This document shows, one piece after another, positions 8,550 to 14,670 of a stretch of DNA of 20,000 nt. Position numbers and translations under genes: made by a program. Location: IMG/VR virus record IMGVR_UViG_3300031650_000001; one strand, 5' to 3'. The first letter of the stretch is position 1. Every line of letters starts with the position of its first letter. The notes under the pieces were generated by a model that searched no databases, was not told the origin of the DNA, and saw only the letters and a program-made list of their open reading frames with translations. Source of the DNA: an uncultured virus (IMG/VR IMGVR_UViG_3300031650_000001) (Duplodnaviria > Heunggongvirae > Uroviricota > Caudoviricetes).

Positions 8550-9121
8550 GCTGCCCCCGGCGGCTCGGTGTCTGCGATCTCCAGTTCGCGCATCCGTTCG
8601 ACCGCCGCATCAAACCACGCGCTGAGATCGACGAAGTACGGGCGCTGCTTCAAGTGCGCGTAGTCTCGCAGGTCCCGCTCCTTTGCGCGCACGAGTCCAC
8701 CGGTCGTGTTGGCGTCGATGGTGAACAGCTGATGCCCGTCGCGCCGCACGAAGAGACAACCATGCTCAACGTGTGCACCGCCTTTGGAGTACGGGAAGAT
8801 CACAGCGTCGGAGAGTTGCGGATCCTTCGTTGTCGGCTCGTCACCGAAGACGCCGATGCAGTCACGCCAGACGCGGTCAGTGATGCCCTCTTCGATGAGC
8901 CAGGTCAGCAATGCGATCTGACAGTAGGACTTACCTTTTCGCGCTGCCGGCGTCGGGTAGCAGGGTGCGGCCACGTCAAAGAAGTGATCGCCACCCTTGG
9001 TGCCGACGTAGCTCTGGGCACGAGCCAGCACCCGGGCGCGGAGGTCGGCGACGGTGGGCAGGTCGAGGGGGTAAACCTCGTCGACGGGCGGTGGACTGAG
9101 TCGGTCTGGCGGCCTATTCAT
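8546..9121 (-). CDS. CHAP/NlpC-P60-like cell-wall peptidase or amidase (191 aa)
   Basis: VLARAQSYVG, YCQ (putative catalytic Cys), EHGCLF (His), TIDANT (TIEGNT-like); GAGG RBS before ATG 9121. Confidence 0.7.
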   Translation of the reverse strand: MNRPPDRLSPPPVDEVYPLDLPTVADLRARVLARAQSYVGTKGGDHFFDVAAPCYPTPAARKGKSYCQIALLTWLIEEGITDRVWRDCIGVFGDEPTTKDPQLSDAVIFPYSKGGAHVEHGCLFVRRDGHQLFTIDANTTGGLVRAKERDLRDYAHLKQRPYFVDLSAWFDAAVERMRELEIADTEPPGAA

Positions 9122-9144
9122 GCAGAAACCTCGGCAAATCCTGG

Positions 9145-9215
9145 CCAAAAACTTTTTTCGCGTGCGGTGTCGATTGTGCTGGACCGTGCCGTACAAGTGC
9201 CGTATCCTCTGATCA
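9145..9215 (+). promoter_or_regulatory. sigma70-like promoter with tandem operator driving the cassette island
   Basis: TGGACC 9180-9185, 17-nt spacer, TATCCT 9203-9208; A/T tract 9147-9158; GTGCCGTA direct repeat at 9186-9193 and 9197-9204. Confidence 0.6.
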
Positions 9216-9244
9216 TGACGACGACGGGAAACACGGAGGCCACC

Positions 9245-9505
9245 ATGAACACGACGATCACCGTTTCAGCCGAGCACGAGGGCAGCACCTACACCGCGAG
9301 CGCCGACTACGCGCACGCCAGCACGCCTAAACTGGTTCAGTTCACCCGCGATGGGGAGCCGGCTGGCCACGGGATTCTGGCCTGGCAGACGATCGACACT
9401 CGGGAGAATCGCCGTCCGACCACCGATGTCCCCGAGGATGCGATTGAGGCACTGGAGGACGCATTGCTGGCGGCCATGGGGCGTTACGCGCGCGAACACT
9501 CCTGA
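9245..9505 (+). CDS. island cassette ORF1, hypothetical (86 aa)
   Basis: GGAGG-CCACC-ATG; an in-frame ATG at 9215 coincides with the predicted transcription start. Confidence 0.8.
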   Translation: MNTTITVSAEHEGSTYTASADYAHASTPKLVQFTRDGEPAGHGILAWQTIDTRENRRPTTDVPEDAIEALEDALLAAMGRYAREHS

Positions 9506-9518
9506 GACCGCACCCCCA

Positions 9519-9560
9519 ACCCCGTCCAGCCCCGCACCGCAAGGCCGGGGCTTCGGCGGT
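9519..9560 (+). repeat. intergenic stem-loop repeat H1
   Basis: AGCCCCG-CA-CC-GCAA-GG-C-CGGGGCT with outer stem, immediately followed by AGGAGG. Confidence 0.85.
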
Positions 9561-9571
9561 AGGAGGCCACC

Positions 9572-9796
9572 ATGACGCTATTCAACCCCGACACCGACAA
9601 CCCCGGTCAGTGCAAGCACTGCAAGGCTTGGTTCACGCGCCGCGTTCCCGGCGACGAGGCTAGCAGTCGCGATCTAGAGCACCCCGAGTACTGCGCCGGA
9701 TGCGCGGGCCACTTGTTCGGAGATAGTGACCGCGGACCGACCATGGTTGTCCGCACCAATGAGAGCCACGACCCCAACGACTGGACGTTCCGCTGA
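9572..9796 (+). CDS. island cassette ORF2, putative Zn-binding protein (74 aa)
   Basis: AGGAGG RBS; CKHC...CAGC. Confidence 0.8.
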   Translation: MTLFNPDTDNPGQCKHCKAWFTRRVPGDEASSRDLEHPEYCAGCAGHLFGDSDRGPTMVVRTNESHDPNDWTFR

Positions 9797-9804
9797 AACG
9801 CCCC

Positions 9805-9850
9805 CGCCCCGTCCAGCCGCGCACCCCCACCGGGCCGCGGCTCAGGGGCG
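9805..9850 (+). repeat. intergenic stem-loop repeat H2
   Basis: AGCCGCG-CA-CCC-CCACC-GGG-C-CGCGGCT; outer CGCCCC/GGGGCG; followed by TAGGAGG. Confidence 0.85.
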
Positions 9851-9868
9851 TAGGAGGCACCGAATACC

Positions 9869-10207
9869 ATGACCGAAACCAACTACGACCCTGCCAACCT
9901 GACCCCAACCGGCGAGCTCATCTACACCGATTTCGTGGACGTCCCCGAGCTCCTGGGCTGCGACACTGCCGCGGAGTACGAGGCCGAATGCAACCTGCTC
10001 GACGACTGCTACACCCGCGGGTGTAGAGGCACGCCGTACACGATCTGGGCCCGACCGCCCTACGGTGGGGAGGCAGCTGGCGCGTACGCCGTCACGGGCA
10101 ACGACCTGCAGATCCTTGGCGGCTCGATCCCAGTGCCCGAGGACGTGGCCGAGATCATGCGCGCGGCGTGGGAGGAATACTGCGCGATGCCGAGGGACGA
10201 CGAGTAG
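9869..10207 (+). CDS. island cassette ORF3, acidic hypothetical protein (112 aa)
   Basis: AGGAGG RBS; Asp/Glu-rich. Confidence 0.8.
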   Translation: MTETNYDPANLTPTGELIYTDFVDVPELLGCDTAAEYEAECNLLDDCYTRGCRGTPYTIWARPPYGGEAAGAYAVTGNDLQILGGSIPVPEDVAEIMRAAWEEYCAMPRDDE

Positions 10208-10211
10208 ACCA

Positions 10212-10409
10212 ATGCCCGAAACCCTCACCGAACTCGCCGTGACCCTGGACAGCATCCCACCGCCTACCCGACAGCAACGCGAGGACCAGGCCCGGCGCGA
10301 TCAAGAAACCCAAGACCGGATCGACGCCTGGCACGCCAACCGCCGCTTGCACTGCCCGGAGGAGTACGACGGCAACGGCAACCATCTGCCGTTCGGGAGC
10401 TTCTGCTGA
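10212..10409 (+). CDS. island ORF4, hypothetical (65 aa)
   Basis: ATG 4 nt after the upstream TAG; stop directly precedes hairpin H3. Confidence 0.7.
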   Translation: MPETLTELAVTLDSIPPPTRQQREDQARRDQETQDRIDAWHANRRLHCPEEYDGNGNHLPFGSFC

Positions 10410-10417
10410 ACCCACCC

Positions 10418-10465
10418 CACCCCGCTCCACCCCGGCACCCGAGAGGGCCCGGGGCTGGGGCGGTG
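10418..10465 (+). repeat. intergenic stem-loop repeat H3
   Basis: CCGCTCCA-CCCCGG-CA-CCC-GAGA-GGG-C-CCGGGG-C-TGGGGCGG. Confidence 0.85.
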
Positions 10466-10501
10466 AACGACAGCAGATCTAGGATCTAGGAGGGTTTCGC
10501 C

Positions 10502-10516
10502 ATGCGATGCGGTTGA
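10502..10516 (+). other. 4-codon minigene (MRCG*) occupying a cassette slot
   Basis: AGGAGG 10488-10493, 8 nt, then ATG CGA TGC GGT TGA, directly followed by H4. Confidence 0.45.
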
Positions 10517-10519
10517 AAG

Positions 10520-10568
10520 ACCCGCCCCGTTCAGCCCGCCCGGTTTCGACTCGGCGGGCTTTCCGGGT
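10520..10568 (+). repeat. intergenic stem-loop repeat H4
   Basis: CCCCGTTC-AGCCCGCC-C-GGT-TTCG-ACT-C-GGCGGGCT-TTC-CGGGT then AGGAG. Confidence 0.8.
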
Positions 10569-10583
10569 AGGAGATAACGAACC

Positions 10584-10838
10584 ATGACCATCGACGATCG
10601 CCTAGCCGCCCAAGACGCCCCGACCGTGCGCGTGCAGCCGGCCGAAACCCTGACCCTCGGCACCGAATACCTGACCATGTGTACCGAGGCCCTCGGCTGC
10701 GAGCCGCTCACCGTCACCGACCACCGAGACGACCCCGACGCTCTGGAGTGCTACGCCGTGTGGGATCCCGAGTCCGGTGACAGCCCCGACGAGGCTGCCG
10801 AGGACGCGGTCCAGACCGTGAGGCGGTGGCAGCGATGA
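10584..10838 (+). CDS. island ORF5, highly acidic hypothetical protein (84 aa)
   Basis: AGGAG RBS; ATGA overlap with the next gene. Confidence 0.8.
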   Translation: MTIDDRLAAQDAPTVRVQPAETLTLGTEYLTMCTEALGCEPLTVTDHRDDPDALECYAVWDPESGDSPDEAAEDAVQTVRRWQR

Positions 10839-11026
10839 CCCTCCGCAAGCCCCCACCCAAGCCGGAGCCGCTGGACGGCCGGGTAGAGATTCGGGCCACG
10901 GCCGAGGAGACTCGCCGTTGGCGAATACTGGCCCGGGCCGATGGTCGGAGCCTGAGCAACTGGATCCGGGTCAAACTGAACCGGGAGACGGACCTGGTCC
11001 CGTACGGACTGGGCGACAAGCCCTAG
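10835..11026 (+). CDS. ribbon-helix-helix (Arc/CopG-like) DNA-binding protein (63 aa)
   Basis: RVEIRA strand, EETRRWRILARADG helix, RSLSNWIR second helix. Confidence 0.8.
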   Translation: MTLRKPPPKPEPLDGRVEIRATAEETRRWRILARADGRSLSNWIRVKLNRETDLVPYGLGDKP

Positions 11027-11041
11027 CCCCTAAGCCGCCCC

Positions 11042-11887
11042 CTAACGCCGTTTCGCCCCGGACGACCTAGCGCCCGCCGGACCTGCCCAGAGGACGACAG
11101 CCGGCGGCACAGGGGCGGGACCGGGGAGACCCACGGGACCGGCGTCCAGTGCGCTGGCGTTCAGGGATGGGGCGGAGGGCCGGGACATGATGCGCAGCTC
11201 GAGAGCTATCAGCGCGTCGCCGTGCAATCCTCTGCCGATGCCTCGCCATGCCCTGTGGTAGGTAGCGAGGCGGGCAGTCACCCAGGACTGCTCAACCAAA
11301 TCGCACCGAGACCCGGATCCGTAGCTGGAAATAGCACTGGCAAACCACTTGCCGCCATGTGATCGGCAGCGGCATCGGGCACGGGTCAGCAGGATCGCCC
11401 CGGCACGGTAGCAGCGCTCCAAAGCGTCGGTTCCACCCACTAGGTCATCGAGCCGGTACCCGGTGACTCCAACCGAATCCGGGTGGATCTGGACCGAGCA
11501 AACCTCGCCCGCTGCCCCGCGGAGCTCTCCCGTCTCCACCACTGACCATAGGCCAGATTCGTGCCGAGCGATGGTGGCGAGCGTAGCCACCATCTCAGCT
11601 GTAGAGCCACCCCACGATGGCGGCGGGTCGACGGCTACGCTGGCAATGGCCTCGGCGTGCAGGACGTAGCGCGAGAGCCCCTCTGCCCTGGTTTCCGCCC
11701 TGGTCCAGCCAAGCCAGGACGCTCCGCGGGACGAGTAATCTAGTCTCGGTGCCCACAGATCACCCGATGGCGCCCACTGCCGCACCTCCGGATACGAGGG
11801 TACGCGGCTCATGTCCGTCACCCCGGGATGCGCTATCGCCAGGATCGCCTCTAGCGCGAGGCGAATCGTCCCACCAAGACAAGCCAT
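11042..11887 (-). CDS. lysozyme-fold / lytic transglycosylase-like protein
   Basis: IARHESG (catalytic ES), CSVQI (GxxQ-like), AISSYGSG (AYNAG-like); start position uncertain. Confidence 0.65.
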   Translation of the reverse strand: MACLGGTIRLALEAILAIAHPGVTDMSRVPSYPEVRQWAPSGDLWAPRLDYSSRGASWLGWTRAETRAEGLSRYVLHAEAIASVAVDPPPSWGGSTAEMVATLATIARHESGLWSVVETGELRGAAGEVCSVQIHPDSVGVTGYRLDDLVGGTDALERCYRAGAILLTRARCRCRSHGGKWFASAISSYGSGSRCDLVEQSWVTARLATYHRAWRGIGRGLHGDALIALELRIMSRPSAPSLNASALDAGPVGLPGPAPVPPAVVLWAGPAGARSSGAKRR

Positions 11888-12116
11888 TCGCGGACCCTAA
11901 CACAGGGGCGGAGCGGCGCAGATATCCGAGCGTCCCCGGTCCCGCTGCGCCATCGGGGGAGTCTGCGGATCCGGCCGTATAGGGCCGGACATTCCCAGGG
12001 CAAGGGTGATCTGTATTTGGCCCGGTCTAAGGCGGAACCGGTACACAAATGCCGCGATTTGCCGCGGGCGTGACCGATCTGCTGAGGGCCCCGGTCTAAG
12101 CGAGCGGCCGGACAAC

Positions 12117-12145
12117 TTGACCCCGGCCGGCCAGTGCCTTAGACT
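12117..12145 (+). promoter_or_regulatory. sigma70-like promoter for the zinc-finger gene
   Basis: TTGACC 12117-12122, 17-nt spacer, TAGACT 12140-12145. Confidence 0.7.
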
Positions 12146-12166
12146 AGTGGCGTGAGGTTGCTCAAG

Positions 12167-12415
12167 ATGAACCCGACCCGACAGCCGCCACCGGCCCCGA
12201 CCGTGCTCTGCGATGAGTGCGGTTCGGCCATGGTGCTGTCGGTGGGGCCCGGGCGCATGCGGGACTACCGCGGCCGGTCCGGGTACGAACTCCCGGCCGA
12301 TCTCGCTTTCCCACGGTGCCCCGAGTGCGGAGCCGAGTGGATGACGTCGTCGCAAATCGACCGGCTGTCGGAGCACCTCGAACGGCAGCGGCGTCGGCGG
12401 ATCAGGGCGATCTAA
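12167..12415 (+). CDS. stand-alone YgiT/MqsA-type zinc-finger protein (82 aa)
   Basis: CDECGSAMV...DYRG...RCPECGAEWMT; GAGG RBS; no HTH domain. Confidence 0.7.
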   Translation: MNPTRQPPPAPTVLCDECGSAMVLSVGPGRMRDYRGRSGYELPADLAFPRCPECGAEWMTSSQIDRLSEHLERQRRRRIRAI

Positions 12416-13152
12416 CCCCGCCGCAACGCCTGCGCATCCGCGATCAGTTGTGCGGTGTCGCACATGCTCGGGGAGAGGTCGTCGGGTCCGGTCCAGTCGT
12501 ACCGCGGGACCAGGACGTACGCCTCGTCTAGAAATTTTGCGGCGAACTGATGAGTCATCTGCTGCCGGCGCGCCCACGTGATACACTCCCATACGTGCGC
12601 CGATCGTCGGACCAGAATCGAAGCATGTCCGCCCCAACCTCCGGCGGCTCCACTCGTATCGGCCCAGATCGATTCATGCTTGGCACTCAGCGGCAGCCGG
12701 AGCCCGCAATAAATCGCTCCGAAGATATCCAGCGCCCGCATCATCGTTGGGATGTCGTCCGGGTCGATCTCCGCGAACGCTTCGCCCACGTGACCGCCGA
12801 TGCCTTCACTGCAATACAGTTTCGCCGCGTCGAGCATGTACGCGCCGCGGTCCGTCTCGGGACGGGTCGGGTCGTAGCCGCTGATCTTGCTGTAGGCAGC
12901 GAGGACCTCCGAGGTCTTCAGCATTGACGGGTGGCCGTCATTGGCTGAGCAGGAAATGATGCTGTGCCCAATCGCTGTGCACGTGCAGCAACCTACGTCC
13001 AGATTTCCTAGAGACGGCCAAGCCGGAACTGCTTCCGCCCAGGACTTGGTCAAGCCAACTGGGCGCTGCTTCGTTGGCAGGTAGTTGACCAGCTTCAGGT
13101 TCCGCGCGTCCTCTTTCTTCGGGAGCTTCCCGCAGCATCCGATCGCGGTCAT
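12412..13152 (-). CDS. papain-like cysteine peptidase (246 aa)
   Basis: GNLDVGCCTC (Cys), GGHASIL (His), CITWA; ATGA coupling with the upstream lipoprotein gene. Confidence 0.7.
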   Translation of the reverse strand: MTAIGCCGKLPKKEDARNLKLVNYLPTKQRPVGLTKSWAEAVPAWPSLGNLDVGCCTCTAIGHSIISCSANDGHPSMLKTSEVLAAYSKISGYDPTRPETDRGAYMLDAAKLYCSEGIGGHVGEAFAEIDPDDIPTMMRALDIFGAIYCGLRLPLSAKHESIWADTSGAAGGWGGHASILVRRSAHVWECITWARRQQMTHQFAAKFLDEAYVLVPRYDWTGPDDLSPSMCDTAQLIADAQALRRG

Positions 13153-13493
13153 GGCGCACCCCCGTCGGCGCAAAGCTCACCCGTGGCGGCGGCGTTGTAG
13201 TCGGCGCAATCGGTCAGGGCAGCGATGCACGCGGCATCCCACGGGACGCCGTCACCGATCAGGCGTTGGCAGGCATCGGCGAAACTCTCACCGGTCGGGC
13301 CCTCCCACAATGGCGCGCCGGTCTCGTCTCGGCACTGCAGCCGCTCCAGGGTTGCGTCCGCGGCCTCGCAGTCGTCCACCGGCACCGGGTCAGGCGGCTC
13401 CACCGGCTCCGGCGGATTCGGATCGATCGGTGGAATCACCGGGCCACACGTGCACGCGGTCAACGCCAACGCCAGCAGCAGGAATCGGGTCAC
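13149..13493 (-). CDS. Pro/Cys-rich lipoprotein (114 aa), possible o-spanin-like
   Basis: MTRFLLLALALTAC lipobox; AAGGAG RBS; GTGA overlap. Confidence 0.75.
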   Translation of the reverse strand: MTRFLLLALALTACTCGPVIPPIDPNPPEPVEPPDPVPVDDCEAADATLERLQCRDETGAPLWEGPTGESFADACQRLIGDGVPWDAACIAALTDCADYNAAATGELCADGGAP

Positions 13494-14281
13494 TGCCCAC
13501 ACTCCTTGGCGTGACTTTCCGCTGACGACTCCGACAGCAGCAGGGCCCCGGCACCGATGGCGCCCGAGACCGCGGCTCCGATGATGAGACCACGCTCCAC
13601 CCGCTCGTCTTCGATCTGCCCAGAGGCTGCGATCGATGCCGCACTGACGGCACCGGCGGCGGCAACCTTTCCGATCGCACCTGCCCACCTGTACTGATTG
13701 TCCAGACTCTCGCAGCGGTCAGCACTCGCAGCGCTCAGGGTTCCGATCGCGCGCATGCGTTGGCCTTCGAGTCGTTGTTGCTGGAGAGAGCCGGTGCACC
13801 CGGTCAGCAGCAGGACGGACAGCACGAGCAGCACGGACGTCGCTTTGCCCTCGGGTCCAGATGGGCGAATGGATCCGGGAGGGGGTTCGGCCTTGCCGGC
13901 GGCGGGCCAGCTTCCGCCCAGGTATGTCGGTCCCGGTGTCCGTGCAGATGCCCACTTCATGATCTCGTGCCCGAGCGGCGCAGCCAACGCAGTCACGGCA
14001 CCGATCACGGTCAGCTTGACGTCTGCGCCAGTGCTGATGCTGACGATCAGAGCGCCGAGCAGAACGGACGGCAGCGCCTGAAAGCACTTGCTCGCAGCGA
14101 CCCCGATCGGGCCCTTGTTGGCGGCCCATTGCCAGACGCCGGGAGCCCACTTGCGGACCGCGTAGAGCGCAGCGAACACGAGGCCAACCATGGCAATCCA
14201 CGGCGCCAGCGGGTGGAGTTCGGTTGCCAGCCAGAGCCAGGCTACCTGCATCGAATGGAACACGGTGTCAGCGATGGTCAT
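13490..14281 (-). CDS. holin-like multi-TM protein with internal lipoprotein signal (263 aa)
   Basis: About 3 N-terminal hydrophobic segments, Pro-rich linker, KATSVLLVLSVLLLTGC, two C-terminal Ala/Gly-rich hydrophobic segments. Confidence 0.7.
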   Translation of the reverse strand: MTIADTVFHSMQVAWLWLATELHPLAPWIAMVGLVFAALYAVRKWAPGVWQWAANKGPIGVAASKCFQALPSVLLGALIVSISTGADVKLTVIGAVTALAAPLGHEIMKWASARTPGPTYLGGSWPAAGKAEPPPGSIRPSGPEGKATSVLLVLSVLLLTGCTGSLQQQRLEGQRMRAIGTLSAASADRCESLDNQYRWAGAIGKVAAAGAVSAASIAASGQIEDERVERGLIIGAAVSGAIGAGALLLSESSAESHAKECGQ

Positions 14282-14670
14282 GGCTTTCCTGCTTTCTCTT
14301 TCGCTATGTCCGGAACCACGTCCGGAACCACGGGCTTGTCCTCGATCACTTTCGCCCGTGCCCACGCCACGGTCAGCGCGGATCGTTCCAGCGCGGTCAG
14401 TGCCTTTGCCGTCGGCGGTCCCGGCGCCAGTTCGGCTTTGATGAGCGCGTCCTCAAGCGGGTCCACGGTCACGCCGTCCTTGTCCTCGCCGGTGTGAGCG
14501 GTGACGGTGACAGCGATGTGCCGACCACCTCCACGCCACTCGGCTCGGGTCAGTCCAACGGTGCGAGGGTAGACCTGTCCCGGGTGATTCGCCGCGAGCA
14601 ACTTGTCCCGCATGGCCTTGTATTCGGCCCGTTCCGCTGGCGTTCCGGGAATGACTTTGCGCGCGATCAT
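14278..14670 (-). CDS. hypothetical protein (130 aa)
   Basis: ATGA overlaps at both ends. Confidence 0.75.
   Translation of the reverse strand: MIARKVIPGTPAERAEYKAMRDKLLAANHPGQVYPRTVGLTRAEWRGGGRHIAVTVTAHTGEDKDGVTVDPLEDALIKAELAPGPPTAKALTALERSALTVAWARAKVIEDKPVVPDVVPDIAKEKAGKP

Noticed and set aside
8513..9244. 330-aa + strand ORF 8513-9505
   Set aside because: The 5' part is the antisense shadow of the CHAP gene; the RBS supports a start at 9245
10533..10560. tRNA T-arm-like GGTTTCGACTC
   Set aside because: No cloverleaf, anticodon arm or acceptor stem; it is the apex of H4
9519..10568. H1-H4 as simple intrinsic terminators
   Set aside because: No U tract on either strand (only CTTT in H4); three lead straight into an RBS
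9506..10570. Integron attC array or CRISPR array
   Set aside because: No RYYYAAC/GTTRRRY cores and no integrase in the window; repeats are divergent and separated by whole genes, with no cas genes
11020..11045. CCCTA triple repeat at the island's right edge as an insertion signature
   Set aside because: Short and low-complexity, with no counterpart found at the left edge
11897..12637. 246-aa minus-strand ORF
   Set aside because: Arg/Pro-rich with no motif; overlaps the peptidase gene out of frame and the promoter-backed Zn-finger gene
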